Of a stretch of 64,000 bases of DNA, positions 10,919 through 22,200 are shown piece after piece. Positions within the stretch are counted from its first letter, which is position 1. The number at the start of each line of letters is the position of its first letter. The stretch is from an uncultured delta proteobacterium. GTDB taxonomy: Bacteria > Myxococcota_A > Polyangia > Palsa-1104. Made by a program: the position numbers and the translations under genes. The DNA lies in NCBI GenBank assembly GCA_963785725.1, contig CAWAWS010000039.1, positions 64,001-128,000 of the forward strand. The letters are read 5' to 3'. The notes below the pieces were generated by a model. It was given only the letters and a program-made list of their open reading frames with translations. It was not told the origin of the DNA and did not search any database.

Positions 10919-11593
10919 CTAGGGGGAGTCGGCCGCGGCGCCGTCGACCAGCCACAACGTCCGCCCGGCATGGACGCGGGCGGCAGGCAGGTCATCGCCG
11001 CGTTCGAGCGCGGCCACCGCGGGGGCCTTCGACGCCCCGGCCACCGTGAAGACGGCGAGCCGGGCCGAATTGATCGCCGCCAGGGTCAGGGTCAGCCGGG
11101 GGTGCGGGTTGACGCCGTTGGGGTCCTCGGTCGCCAGGACCAGCACGCCCGGCTCGGCCTCCAAGGTCGGGGCGTTGGGAAAGAGCGACGCCGTGTGGCC
11201 GTCCGGGCCCATGCCCAAGTGGATCAGGTCGATCCCCGGCCCGGTCACGAGGTCCGACATGGTGTGCTGGTACGCCTCGACGCACTCGTCCACCGGCCCG
11301 ACCGTCGGCATGGGCGAGAAGGACCCGACCCCGCCCACCGGGTCGATGAGGGTCTCCCGTATCAGCCGCTGGTTGGCGTCGACGTCGTCGGGCGGGACGA
11401 TGCGCTCGTCCCCGACGAGAATGTCCACGACGCCCCAGTCGATGCCGTCCGTCTTCGCCAGACGCTCGTAGCACAGCTCGGCCGTCGGGCCGCCGGAGAG
11501 CACCAGGGCGAAGCGCGGCCCGGGGCGCGCCGCGAAGGCCTCGCGTACAGCGTCGCAGAAGGCGCGGGGGACGTCGTCGACGGGGGTGATCAC
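10919..11593 (-). CDS. pgl: 6-phosphogluconolactonase
   Basis: LSGGPT, GDER, LGMGPDGHTASLFP, RLTLT. Confidence 0.93.
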   Translation of the reverse strand: MITPVDDVPRAFCDAVREAFAARPGPRFALVLSGGPTAELCYERLAKTDGIDWGVVDILVGDERIVPPDDVDANQRLIRETLIDPVGGVGSFSPMPTVGPVDECVEAYQHTMSDLVTGPGIDLIHLGMGPDGHTASLFPNAPTLEAEPGVLVLATEDPNGVNPHPRLTLTLAAINSARLAVFTVAGASKAPAVAALERGDDLPAARVHAGRTLWLVDGAAADSP

Positions 11594-11595
11594 GG

Positions 11596-12534
11596 CTACG
11601 GGGTGGGGGTCTCGGTCTCCAAGCCCTGCTGGCCCGATTCGAGCGTCACGGCATGGCCACCGAACTGGTTCCGCAGGGCGGCGAGCATCTTCAACTGGAG
11701 CGAGTCGGGCTCCTGCGAGGCGAAACGCGTGAAGAGCGAGGTGGCGATCACCGGTGCCGGCACGCCCCGGTCGATGGCCTCCTGCGCCGTCCAGCGGCCC
11801 TCACCCGAATCGACGACCACGCCCTTGATCTCGTCGAAGCCTGCGCCGGGCCGCAGCGCCCGCTCGGCCAGGTCGAGCAGCCAGCTGCGCACGACCGAGC
11901 CGTAGCGCCAGATGGAGGCGATCTCGTGCAGGTCGAGGTCGAACTCGTCGGCCTTGCTCATGATCTCGAAACCCTCGGCGTAGGCCTGCATGAGCCCGTA
12001 CTCGACGCCGTTGTGCACCATCTTGACGAAGTGCCCCGCGCCGACCGGGCCCACGTGGGCGTAGCCGCCCTCGGGCGCGAGCGTCAGCAGGGCGGGCTCG
12101 ACGACGGCCACCGCCTCGTCCGTGCCGCCGACCATGAGGCAGTAGCCCTCCGTCAGGCCCCAGACGCCGCCCGACGTGCCGGCGTCGACGAAGCCGACCC
12201 CGGTGCTCTCGAGCCTGTCGGCGAGCGCCTTCCACTCCTTGTAGTTGGAGTTCCCGCCGTCGACGATGACGTCGCCCTTCGAGAACAGGCCGGTCAGCTC
12301 CTCGACGGTCGAATCCGTGATGTGGCCGGCGGGCAGCATGACCCAGACCGCCCGGGGGGAGTCGAGCTTCTTCGCCAGGTCGGCCAGGCTCGTGGACGCC
12401 TCCGCGCCCTTGCTCGCGGCCGCCTTCACGGCCTCGGCGCTCAGGTCGTAGGCCACCACCTCGTGCCCGCCCTTGAGCAGGCGCTCGGTCATGTTGGCGC
12501 CCATCTTGCCCAGTCCGATCATGCCGATCTTCAT
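11596..12534 (-). CDS. gnd: 6-phosphogluconate dehydrogenase, short (YqeC-type) form
   Basis: GLGKMG, DGGNS, SGGVWG, GHFVKMVHNGVEYG, DSGEGRWT, RNQFGGH. Confidence 0.95.
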   Translation of the reverse strand: MKIGMIGLGKMGANMTERLLKGGHEVVAYDLSAEAVKAAASKGAEASTSLADLAKKLDSPRAVWVMLPAGHITDSTVEELTGLFSKGDVIVDGGNSNYKEWKALADRLESTGVGFVDAGTSGGVWGLTEGYCLMVGGTDEAVAVVEPALLTLAPEGGYAHVGPVGAGHFVKMVHNGVEYGLMQAYAEGFEIMSKADEFDLDLHEIASIWRYGSVVRSWLLDLAERALRPGAGFDEIKGVVVDSGEGRWTAQEAIDRGVPAPVIATSLFTRFASQEPDSLQLKMLAALRNQFGGHAVTLESGQQGLETETPTP

Positions 12535-12575
12535 GCGCGCTCCTCTCGGTTGTCCAAGGAAATTGTGTGGCCGGC

Positions 12576-13692
12576 TCAGAAGGTAGCGGCTTTGTCGGTC
12601 AGCGACTGCAGGAGCTCGTCGAACGACTTGGCGAAGGAGGCGACGCCTTCGTTCTCGAGCGTCTGCTCCACATCGAGCATGTCGATGCCGGCGTCGGCCA
12701 GTTGCGCCAGCGCGTTGGCCGCCGCGTCGGGATCGGCGTCCGCCGTCCGCTTCAGCGTGCCGTGGTCCTCGAAGTCGCGCAGCGTCTGCTCCGGCATGGT
12801 GTTCACCGTGGCCGGCCCGATCAGGCTGTCGACGTAGAGCACGTCGGAGTAGGCCGGGTTCTTGGTCGAGGTCGACGCCCACAGCGGCCGCTGGACGCGC
12901 GCGCCCTTGTCCCGCAGCGCCTCCCAGCGCTCGCCCGTGAACGTGCGGTGGAAGTGTTGGTAGGCGCTCTGGGCCTGGGCCACCGCGGCGGTGCCGCGCA
13001 GGCCGAGGACGGCGGCGTCACCCTTGTCGCCGCCGGCGAGGGTCTCCAGGCGGCGGTCGACCTCGGTGTCGATCCGGCTGACGAAGAAGGAGGCCACGCT
13101 GGCCACCTTGGACAGCTCGTCGCCCCGGCCGGCCGCGACCAGGGCCTCGAGGCCCAACAGGTAGGCCTCCATGACCTCGTCGTAGCGGTCGAGCCCGAAG
13201 ATCAGCGTCACGTTGATGCTGTGGCCCTCGCCGATCAGGGTCTGAATGGCCGGGACACCCTCCTTCGTGGCGGGCACCTTGACGAGGAGGTTGGGCTGGG
13301 CGATGCGCGCGTGCAGGTCGCGGGCCGCCTTGAGCGTCTTGTCGGTGTCGTGGGCCAGCGCCGGGGAGACCTCCAGCGAGACGTAGCCGTCCTCGCGGTC
13401 GCTCTCGTCGTAGAGCGGCCGCAGCAGGGCGAGCGCGCTCTCGAATGTCCGTGATGGCCATCTCCCAATAGGCGGCGTCGACCGTGTGATCCTTCATCAG
13501 CGCGCGGAACTGGTCGTCGTAGGTGTCCTGCCCGCTGATGGCCTTGGCCAAGATGGTCGGGTTGGACGTGATGCCGCGTATCCCGAGCTTCAGCAGGTCC
13601 GCCAGCTGGCCGTCCTGGAGCCAGTCCCGGCGCAGGTTGTCGAGCCAGGGGCTCTGGCCACCGATCTCGTAGAGCTCCTGCAGTCGGGTCAT
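12576..13692 (-). CDS. tal: Transaldolase, frameshifted near 13440
   Basis: GQSPWLDNL, GITSNPTI, VKVPAT, INVTLIF, RPLWAST, TVNTMP. Confidence 0.92.
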
Positions 13693-13726
13693 CGGAACAG
13701 CTCCCTTCGTCGTGTCTCGTGTCGCA

Positions 13727-15750
13727 TCAGCCACGCCCGGGCGGCCAGCAGGGCCCGGGCCCGCTCGACCACGTGCTCGGCGGTGAAGCCGAACTTCTCC
13801 ATGGCGACGTCGCCCGGGCGCCGACGCGCCGAAGCGGTCGATCCCGATGGAGTCGTCGGCGTAGCGCTCCCAGCCGAAGGTGGCGCCGGCCTCGACGCTC
13901 AGCACCGGCACGCCGGGCGGGAACACCGTGGCGCGGTAGTCCTCGGGCTGCCGCGCGAAGTGGTCCCACGACGGGAAGGACACCACCTGCGCCTGCACGC
14001 CCGACTCGGCCAGGGTCGTGGCGGCCGCCACGCAGAGCTGCACCTCGCTCCCGGTGCCGACCAGCACGATCCGGGGCGGCCCGTCGCTGTCGACCAGGAC
14101 GTAGGCGCCCTTGGCCACGCCCGCGGGGGCCCGTTCGGCCGTGGCGTCCAGCACGGGGACGTTCTGGCGGGTCAGCACGAGCCCGACCGGTCCGTCGGCC
14201 TCGACGGCGATGCGCCAGGCCTGTGCCGTCTCGTTGGCGTCGGCCGGGCGCACGAGGCTGAGGCCGGGCATGGCCCGCAGCGAGGCCAGGTGCTCGATCG
14301 GCTGGTGCGTCGGCCCGTCCTCGCCCAGGCCGATGGAGTCGTGCGTCCACGAATAGATCACGTGGGTGCCCGTCAGGGAGGCGAGCCGGACGGACGGGCG
14401 CATGTAGTCGGAGAAGCAGAAGAACGTCCCGCCGACCGGCAGCACGCCGCGGTGTTGCGCCATGCCGTTCATGGCCGCCGCCATGGCGTGCTCGCGGATC
14501 CCGTAGTGGACCTGGATCCCCTCGGGGGTCTGGCGCGACTGCATCTCGGCGCCCTTGACCTTCACGCCGTTGTTGCCCGTGAGGTCGGCCGAGCCGGCCA
14601 GCAGGCCCGGCAGCTTGGCCGCGGTGGCGTCGATGCACTGGTTGATGGCGTGGCGGGTGGCCAGCTGGGTGCCGGCGTCGAAGCTCGGCAGGCCGTCGGC
14701 CCAGCCCGGCAACCCGCGCCCGGCCTGCGCGGCGTCCCAGGCGGCGCGGTCGCCCTTCCAGGCGGCGAAGCGCTCGGTCCACTCGGCGTGGCGCTCGGCG
14801 CCCCGGGCGATCTGCTGGCCGTAGAAGTCGCGCACCTCGTCGGGGACCCAGAAGGTCTGGTCGGCCGGCAGGCCGAGGAGCTTCTTGGTGACCTCGATCT
14901 CCTCGGCGCCGAAGGGCGAGCCGTGGGCGGCCGCGGTGTCGGTCAGCTTCGGCGACGGCCACCCGATGTGGCTGCGCAGCACCAGGAGGGTCGGCTTGGC
15001 GTCGGGGGTGTCGGCCGGCTCCTCGAGCGCCTCCCGGATGGCGGCCTCCAACGCGTCGACGTCGTTGGCCATTTCGCCCAGGTTGCGCACGCGCCAGCCG
15101 TAGGCCGCGAAGCGCTCGGGCACGTTGTCGTTGTAGGCCAGCTCGGTCGGCCCGTCGATGGTGATGTGGTTGTCGTCGTAGAACGCGAGGAGGCGCCCCA
15201 GGCCGAGGTGTCCCGCCAGCGACGCGGCCTCGTGCGAGATCCCCTCCATGAAGCAGCCGTCGCCGGCGATGACGTAGGTGCGGTGGTCGCAGACCTCGCT
15301 GCCGAAGGTGGTGCGCAACCAGCGCTCGGCGAGCGCCATGCCCACCGCGTCGCCGACGCCCTGACCCAAGCGGCCCGGTGGTGACGTCGATCCCGGCCGT
15401 GTGGCCGGCCTCGGGGTGCCCGGGCGTCCGGCTGCCCCACTGGCGGAACTGGCGCAGGTCCTCGAGCGACAGGTCGTACCCGGTCAGGTGCAGCATGGAG
15501 TACTGCAGGATGCAGGCGTGCCCGTTGGAGAGGATGAAGCGGTCGTGGTCGGGCCACTCGGGGTCGCGCGGGTCGTAGTTCATGATCCGCGTCCACAGGA
15601 CGTGGGCCAGAGGGGCCAGGGCCATCGCCGTGCCGGGGTGCCCGGAGTTGGCCTGCTCGGGCGCGTCCATGGCGAGCCACGGATCACGTTGATGCCGAGC
15701 TCCACCAACCGGGGGTCCTGCACGACCGGTGTCGATGTCTGCAACGCCAT
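13727..15750 (-). CDS. tkt: Transketolase, frameshifted near 15675, 15370 and 13820
   Basis: SGHPG, SNGHA, TPGHPE, GDGCFMEG, YGIREH, THDSIGLGEDGPTHQP. Confidence 0.93.
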
Positions 15751-15812
15751 GGTCAGACCCTAACCCTCCCTCTCAGCCGGCCGGAAGGGGCCGTCACCTA
15801 CTCTTCACGTTC

Positions 15813-16229
15813 ATGGCTTCCCGCATGCAGGTGCCCCCAAACAGCGACTTGACCCTGGGCATGACGTGCGTCGACAAGTCCACCCCGGGCCGGTGCATCT
15901 GGCGGATGCGGGCGGACGAGCGCTTCGCCAATCCGGCCGGGATCATGCAAGGGGGCTTCCTCGGCGCCTTCGCCGACTCCTCCATGGGCGCCGCCGCCGT
16001 CACCTACGCCGAGGGCCGCCGCGTCTTCTGCTCCAACGCCGAGATGAAGATCAGCTTCCTGGGCGCCGTCCCACCGGGCGCCGACCTCACCTGCACCGCC
16101 GAGGTGGTCTCCGGCGGGCGCCGGGTGGCCTTCGTGGAGGCCAGCGTCACCGCCGTTGTCGAGGGCCAGGAGGGGGAGCGGCTGGTGGCCCGGGCCACGT
16201 CGACCTACATCTACAAGGACCGCGACTGA
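15813..16229 (+). CDS. PaaI family hot-dog thioesterase
   Basis: NPAGIMQGGFLGAFADSSMG; EMKISFL. Confidence 0.88.
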   Translation: MASRMQVPPNSDLTLGMTCVDKSTPGRCIWRMRADERFANPAGIMQGGFLGAFADSSMGAAAVTYAEGRRVFCSNAEMKISFLGAVPPGADLTCTAEVVSGGRRVAFVEASVTAVVEGQEGERLVARATSTYIYKDRD

Positions 16230-16289
16230 GGCACCGGGCCGGGCCGGTGTTTGCATAGGACCGGCCCAGAGACCAGGATTGTGCGTCTC

Positions 16290-16682
16290 ATGGCACCATC
16301 GGCGGACAACGGCAGTCACGGACTGCGCCACGCGGGAGACGACGCCTTCCAGCTCACGGTCGACTACCTCAAGCAGGAGGTGGTCGAGCCGCTGCGGGGT
16401 CTGGGCCGCTTCCTCTACATGGGGATCGCCGGCTCCTTCTTCTTGGCCTTCGGGCTCCTGCTCATTCTGCTCGGGGTGTTGCGCCTCCTGCAGACGGAGA
16501 CCGGCACGGCCCTGGAAGGGGACTGGTCGTGGGTGCCGTACGCGGTGGTGGTCGTGCTGGGCATCGCCGTGATCGGCGTGGCCGCACTGCGCATTCAGTC
16601 GGGGCCGGGACAGCGCAAGCTGCCCGAGGTCATCGCCCGGCGCGAGTCGAGAGAGATCGAAGCACAGGAGGGAGCGAGCTGA
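16290..16682 (+). CDS. Two-TM membrane protein (YqjE/phage-holin-family-like)
   Basis: YLKQE motif followed by two hydrophobic helices. Confidence 0.7.
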   Translation: MAPSADNGSHGLRHAGDDAFQLTVDYLKQEVVEPLRGLGRFLYMGIAGSFFLAFGLLLILLGVLRLLQTETGTALEGDWSWVPYAVVVVLGIAVIGVAALRIQSGPGQRKLPEVIARRESREIEAQEGAS

Positions 16683-16915
16683 TGGCAGGCACGACCACGA
16701 GGGCGGGCAGCAACGGGCGCCTCATCACGCGGGAAGACCTGCAGGCCGCCTACTCACAGGTGATGGGCGAGGGCGAGGCCACGGCCCGCGCCGCCGCGCC
16801 CCGGGGCCTGGCCGTCGCCGGCGCCGTCGGCATTCTGCTCCTGACGCTGGCCTTCCTGGCCGGCCGCCGTCGCGGCCGGGCCAAGTCCGCCGTCGTCGAG
16901 ATCCGGCGGCTCTGA
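16682..16915 (+). CDS. Small tail-anchored membrane protein
   Basis: ATG overlaps the upstream stop; one TM helix, then RRRGR and VEIRRL. Confidence 0.7.
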   Translation: MAGTTTRAGSNGRLITREDLQAAYSQVMGEGEATARAAAPRGLAVAGAVGILLLTLAFLAGRRRGRAKSAVVEIRRL

Positions 16916-16916
16916 G

Positions 16917-17131
16917 GTGGACCTGCTGCTGCGGCGTTTCCTGCGCGCCGGGATCCGACGCGGCGTGGCGGGGAACTGGTACTGGTTCCTGCTCGCCGGG
17001 GCCACCTTCTTCCTCCGCCGCACCTTGAACGACCGGTCCAGCCCGGTGTCGAGCGTGACCGTGAAGCCGGGTGAGCAGGTGCTCATCACGGTGCGCGACC
17101 GCAACACTCCCTCCCGCCACCGAAGCCTGAG
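16917..17131 (+). CDS. Small membrane protein that reads in frame into trmI in this sequence
   Basis: GTG start; NWYWFLLAG hydrophobic segment; VKPGEQVLIT. No in-frame stop before trmI. Confidence 0.5.
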
Positions 17132-17135
17132 GCCC

Positions 17136-17909
17136 GTGGCGGGCCCCCTCGCGGCGGGGGAGCGGGTGCTCCTCATCGACCCCAAGGACCGCCGCTACCT
17201 GCTCACGCTCGTGACCGGCGCCACCTTCCACACCCATGCGGGCGTCCTGGCCCACGACGACATCATCGGCTCCCCCGAAGGCTGCCGTGTGACCGGCTCG
17301 ACCGGGCGCAGCTTCCTGGTGCTGCGTCCCACCCTGAGCGACATCGTGCTCAAGATGCCCCGGGGGGCCCAGGTCATCTACCCGAAGGACCTCGGCGCCA
17401 TCCTCATCGCGGCCGACATCGCGCCGGGCCAGCGCATCCTCGAGGCGGGCGTCGGCTCGGGCGCCCTCTCCATGACCGTCCTGCGGGCGGGCGCCTCCGT
17501 CGTCGGCTACGAGCTGCGGGAGGACTTCGCCGAGCGGGCCCAGGCCAACGTGGCGGCCACGCTGGGCCCCGACGCGCCCTACCGGATCGAGATCCGCGAC
17601 GTGACCGAGGGCATCGACGAGACGGACCTCGACCGGATCCTGCTGGACATGCCCGAGCCCCACAAGGTGATCCCCGGGGCGTCGAAGGCCCTCCGCCCCG
17701 GTGGCATCCTGCTGGCCTACCTGCCGACCATCAACCAGACCGCGCTGCTGCGCCAGGCGCTCGACGAGGAGGACGTGCCCTTCGGGCTGGCCGAGACGCA
17801 GGAGGTCATGCGGCGCACCTGGCACGTCGAGGCCCGCTCGGTCCGCCCGGACCACCGCATGGTCGGGCACACCGGATTCCTCACCACGGCGCGCCGCCTC
17901 GAGGGCTGA
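17136..17909 (+). CDS. trmI: tRNA (adenine-58-N1)-methyltransferase
   Basis: MPRGAQVIYPKD, LEAGVGSGAL, LDMPEP, VRPDHRMVGHTGF; usual position upstream of arc. Confidence 0.95.
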   Translation: MAGPLAAGERVLLIDPKDRRYLLTLVTGATFHTHAGVLAHDDIIGSPEGCRVTGSTGRSFLVLRPTLSDIVLKMPRGAQVIYPKDLGAILIAADIAPGQRILEAGVGSGALSMTVLRAGASVVGYELREDFAERAQANVAATLGPDAPYRIEIRDVTEGIDETDLDRILLDMPEPHKVIPGASKALRPGGILLAYLPTINQTALLRQALDEEDVPFGLAETQEVMRRTWHVEARSVRPDHRMVGHTGFLTTARRLEG

Positions 17910-17913
17910 ATCG

Positions 17914-18255
17914 GTGGACGAGGACCTCGCCGCCTACATCGACGCCATTCCGGCAGAGCAGCGACCGCTGTTCGACCGGCTCCACACCATCGTCCTCGGC
18001 GAGCACCCCGACGCGGCGGTGGCGCTCTCCTACGGGATGGCCGGCTACCGGGTCGGACGGCGACGCCTCAACCTCGGCGTGTGGAAGCACGGCGTGTCCG
18101 TCTACGGCTGGCGAAACGACAGGGACGGTGGGTTCGTCACGCGCCACCCGCGGCTCTCGAGCGGGAAGGGGACGATCCGCATCAGCCCTCGCGATGCCGA
18201 GGAGATCTCCGACGAGGAGCTGCGGGCGCTGCTGGGCGGGGCGCTGGACCCCTGA
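17914..18255 (+). CDS. DUF1801/YdhG-like protein
   Basis: AYIDAIP, LSYGM, KHGVSVY, GKGTIR. Confidence 0.8.
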   Translation: MDEDLAAYIDAIPAEQRPLFDRLHTIVLGEHPDAAVALSYGMAGYRVGRRRLNLGVWKHGVSVYGWRNDRDGGFVTRHPRLSSGKGTIRISPRDAEEISDEELRALLGGALDP

Positions 18256-18264
18256 CGCAGAGGG

Positions 18265-18501
18265 TCAGTCCCGCTCGATGAAGATGCACTCTCCGGGGCA
18301 CTCCTCGGAGGCTTCGACCACGGCGTCCTCGAGATCGGCGGGCACCGCCGCCATCCCGGCCGAGCCACCGGGCTCGTTCTTGACGTCGCCTTCTTCCTTC
18401 ACATAGGCCAGGCCGTCGTCGAGGAGGGTGAAGACGGCAGGCGCGATCTCCTCGCAGAGCCCGTCGCCCGTGCAGAGATCCTGGTCGATCCAGACCTTCA
18501 T
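18265..18501 (-). CDS. Single-cluster ferredoxin (CxxDxxC...CP)
   Basis: KVWIDQDLCTGDGLCEEIAP...ECPGECI. Confidence 0.93.
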   Translation of the reverse strand: MKVWIDQDLCTGDGLCEEIAPAVFTLLDDGLAYVKEEGDVKNEPGGSAGMAAVPADLEDAVVEASEECPGECIFIERD

Positions 18502-18546
18502 GTACCTGTCTCTCTCCCTTGTCGCAGCCGCCCGACGGCCCCGGGG

Positions 18547-18576
18547 ACCGTAGTGAGGCGTCCCGCGACACGTCAA
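18547..18576 (-). promoter_or_regulatory. Putative housekeeping-sigma promoter of the ferredoxin gene
   Basis: TTGACG-18 bp-TACGGT on the minus strand, 45 bp upstream of the ATG. Confidence 0.5.
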
Positions 18577-18684
18577 TCTGGCCTCGCGGTTCCTCCCAGC
18601 GTACTCGTCCGGGCCTGCTGACCCGGTGCAGCGGCGGTGTAGGTGCGTTGCCGCCAAAGCGCGTGGGGTCCAGGGCTAGGGTGA

Positions 18685-20439
18685 TTGGCGGTGACTGAAA
18701 CTCCTGACGAAGCGGCTGCCCAGGCTGAGGCGCTACGCGCCGAGCTGGCAGATGCCGAGGACGAGATTCACGCGCTCCGCCGCCGGTTGCAGGAAAGCCC
18801 CGGCCGGGTGCAGGCCCTGGAGGAGCGCCTCCTCGAGTCCAAGGGGCAGCTGGCGCAGGCCACCTCGCAGAACGAGAAGCTGACCTTCACCCTCCAGCAG
18901 GCCAAGGAGCAGCTGGCCGCCCTGCGCGAAGAGGTCGAGAAGCTCACACAGCCTCCGGCGGCCTACGGCACCTTCCTCGGCATCAACGAGGACGGCACGG
19001 TCGACGTGTTCTCGAGCGGTCGCAAAATGCGGGTCAGCCTCCACCCCGACATCGACCCCGGAGCGATCCGCAAGGGCAACGAGGTCGTCCTGAACGAGAG
19101 CCTCAACGTGGTGCTCGTCCGCGACGGGGAGTTCTCCGGCGAGGTGGTGACACTGAAGGAGCAGCTCGAGGACAAGCGGCGCTGCGTGATCTTCGCCCGG
19201 GCCGACGAGGAGCGGGTGGCCGAGCTCTCCGAGGACATGCTGGGCGTGAAGCTGCGCGCCGGCGACTCCCTCCTGATGGACGTGCGCACCCAGCTCCTCA
19301 TTGAGAAGCTGCCCAAGCTCGAGAGCGAGGAGCTCGTCCTCGAAGAGGTGCCCGACATCACCTACGCGGACGTGGGAGGTCTGGACTCCCAGATCGAGGC
19401 CATCACCGACGCCGTCGAACTGCCGTACATGCACCGCGACCTCTTCGTGGAGTACTCGCTCCCGGCCCCGAAGGGCATCCTCCTCTACGGCCCGCCCGGC
19501 TGCGGGAAGACGCTGATCGCCAAGGCCGTGGCCAACTCCCTGGCCAAGAAGGTGGCGCTGAAGACCGGCAACGACAACGTGCGGAGCTTCTTCCTCAACA
19601 TCAAGGGTCCGGAGCTGCTCAACAAGTACGTGGGGGAGACGGAGCGCCAGATCCGCCAGGTCTTCCAGCGTGCCCGTGAGAAGGCGGACGAGGGCATGCC
19701 CGTCATCGTCTTCTTCGACGAGATGGAGTCGCTCTTCCGCACGCGGGGAACCGGCATCAGCTCCGACATGGAGTCGACCATCGTGCCCCAGCTGCTGGCC
19801 GAGATCGACGGGGTCGAATCGCTGCGTGACGTCATCGTCATCGGCGCGTCCAACCGGGAGGACCTGATCGACCCGGCCATCCTGCGGCCCGGCCGGCTCG
19901 ACGTGAAGATCAAGATCGAGCGGCCCAACGAGGAGGCCGCCGGCCAGATCTTCAGCCGCTACCTCACCCCGGCCCTGCCGCTCGACGCCGAGGAGGTCAA
20001 GCGCCTGGGCGGCGGCGACCCGTCCAAGGCGGTCCAGGCCATGATCGAGCGGACGGTGGCCGAGATGTACCGGGAGGACGACGACAACCGCTTCCTCGAG
20101 GTCACCTACCAGAACGGCGACAAGGAGATCCTCTACTACCGCGACTTCGCGTCGGGCGCCATGATCGAGAACATCGTGCGCAGAGCCAAGAAGCTGGCCA
20201 TCAAGCGGGTCATCGCCGGGGAGTCCGGCGGCATCCGGACCTCGGACATGCTCGAATCGATCCGCCAGGAGTACAAGGAGAACGAGGACCTGCCCAACAC
20301 CACCAACCCCGACGACTGGGCGCGTATCTCGGGCAAGAAGGGTGAGCGGATCGTCTATGTCCGGACGCTGCTCACCGAGGACCGTGAGGTGCACGGAGGC
20401 CGCTCGATCGAGCGGGTCGGTACCGGTCAGTACCTCTAG
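18685..20439 (+). CDS. arc: Proteasome AAA ATPase (ARC/Mpa)
   Basis: N-terminal coiled coil, [13 protein letters not shown]-terminal GQYL docking motif. Confidence 0.97.
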   Translation: MAVTETPDEAAAQAEALRAELADAEDEIHALRRRLQESPGRVQALEERLLESKGQLAQATSQNEKLTFTLQQAKEQLAALREEVEKLTQPPAAYGTFLGINEDGTVDVFSSGRKMRVSLHPDIDPGAIRKGNEVVLNESLNVVLVRDGEFSGEVVTLKEQLEDKRRCVIFARADEERVAELSEDMLGVKLRAGDSLLMDVRTQLLIEKLPKLESEELVLEEVPDITYADVGGLDSQIEAITDAVELPYMHRDLFVEYSLPAPKGILLYGPPGCGKTLIAKAVANSLAKKVALKTGNDNVRSFFLNIKGPELLNKYVGETERQIRQVFQRAREKADEGMPVIVFFDEMESLFRTRGTGISSDMESTIVPQLLAEIDGVESLRDVIVIGASNREDLIDPAILRPGRLDVKIKIERPNEEAAGQIFSRYLTPALPLDAEEVKRLGGGDPSKAVQAMIERTVAEMYREDDDNRFLEVTYQNGDKEILYYRDFASGAMIENIVRRAKKLAIKRVIAGESGGIRTSDMLESIRQEYKENEDLPNTTNPDDWARISGKKGERIVYVRTLLTEDREVHGGRSIERVGTGQYL

Positions 20440-20455
20440 AAGTTAGGGTCGCACC

Positions 20456-21948
20456 GTGGCCATCACGAAGGTCTGCGGCATTGAGACCGAGTACGGCATC
20501 CATTCGCCCGGTCCGGAGCAGAACCCCATTGCCGCATCGTCGGTGCTCGTCAACGCCTACGCGGCCGACGTGGAGCAGCAGATCGGCTGGGACTTCGAGG
20601 ACGAGACCCCGGGAAACGACGCCCGTGGCTTCGCCCGGGAAGGTTCCCTCGCCCCGATGGTGGAGACGCACCTGGCCAACACGGTGCTCACCAACGGCGC
20701 CCGCTTCTACGTGGACCACGCCCACCCCGAATACTCGAGCCCCGAGTGCCTGACGCCGCTGGAGTGCCTGATCTACGACAAGGCCGGCGAGGAGGTGCTG
20801 CGCCGGTCCATGGTGGCGGCGGCGCTGCGCATCCCCGACCAGCCTGCACCGATCGTCTACAAGAACAACTCCGACGGCAAGGGCAACTCGTACGGCTGCC
20901 ACGAGAACTACATGATGGACAGAGCCGTCCCGTTCGCCAAGGTGATCGACGGCGTCGTCCCGCACTTCGTGTCGCGGACGCTCTTCACCGGCTCGGGCAA
21001 GGTCGGCACGGAGACGCCCGCGCTCGATGCGGACACCGTGCAGTACCAGCTCTCCCAGCGCGCCGAGTTCTTCGAGGAGATCGTGGGACTGGAGACCACG
21101 CTGAAGCGACCGATCGTCAACACGCGCGACGAGCCCCACGCCGACCCCAAGCGCTTCCGTCGCCTCCACGTGATCGTCGGCGACGCCAATCTCTCGGAGA
21201 TCGCCACGTTCCTCAAAGTCGGCAGCACCGCCATTGTGCTGGCCATGGTCGAGGACGATGCCGGCCCGACCCGTGACCTCTCGCTCTCCGACCCCGTCGC
21301 CGCGCTCCACCAGGTGTCGGCCGACCTCACGTTGACGCGCCCCTCTCGCTGACGGACGGGTCGACCGCCACCGCCCTCGAAATGCAGTGGGAGATCTTCG
21401 GCGCGGCCCGGAAGTACGCCGAGGAGTTCGGCCTGACCGCCCTGGGCGACGACGGGGAGGTCGGGGCGCTGGTGATGGAGCACTGGGAGGCCGTCCTGTC
21501 CGGCCTGGAATCGGACCCGGCCACCCTGGCCGACACCCTGGACTGGGTGGCCAAGCGCGAGCTCCTGCTGGCCTACCAGGACCGGCACACCTGTGGATGG
21601 AAGGACCCCCGGATCGCTGCACTGGCGTTGCAGTATCACGACCTGCGGCCGGACAAGTCGGTGTTCCGGCGCCTGGACATGCGCACGCTCGTCACGCCGG
21701 CACAGGTCGCCCATGCGGTCAGCGAGCCCCCGACCGGGACGCGGGCCTGGTTCCGGGGCAAGTGCCTGGCCCGCTGGCCGGACGCGGTCGTCACCGCCAA
21801 CTGGGATTCCCTCGTCTTCGACGTCGGCGCAGACCCGTTGCGGCGCGTCCCTATGATGGATCCCCTCAAGGGAACAGCCGAGCACACGGGCGCCCTCCTG
21901 GCACAGAGCACAGGACCGGCCGATCTGCTCACCAGGCTCAACTCATAG
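20456..21948 (+). CDS. dop: Pup deamidase/depupylase, frameshifted near 21345
   Basis: [37 protein letters not shown]; second frame continues LQYHDL, ANWDS. Confidence 0.93.
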
Positions 21949-21987
21949 GCGAAGAACGCACGCATCACAGGACGGGGACACGCAACG

Positions 21988-22194
21988 ATGGCAGAACAGG
22001 AACAGAAGAAGAAGGGCTCGGGTGCGCGGACCACCGAGACCGAGACAGAAGTCGAAGAGGCCTCACCCGCCAGCTCCGAGCGGGGCGAGAAGATCAAGGC
22101 CGAGCTGGACGACCTGCTCGACGAGATCGACGAGGTGCTCGAGGACAACGCCGAGGAGTTCGTCCGCAACTACGTGCAAAAGGGTGGGCAGTAA
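21988..22194 (+). CDS. pup: Prokaryotic ubiquitin-like protein
   Basis: LLDEIDEVLEDNAEEFVRNYVQKGGQ; ends in Gln, so Dop deamidation is needed. Confidence 0.97.
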   Translation: MAEQEQKKKGSGARTTETETEVEEASPASSERGEKIKAELDDLLDEIDEVLEDNAEEFVRNYVQKGGQ

Positions 22195-22200
22195 CCCCCG

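Noticed and set aside
13018..15369. Apparent transketolase-transaldolase fusion
   Set aside because: Joined by an indel near 13820; tal has its own RBS and ATG at 13692.
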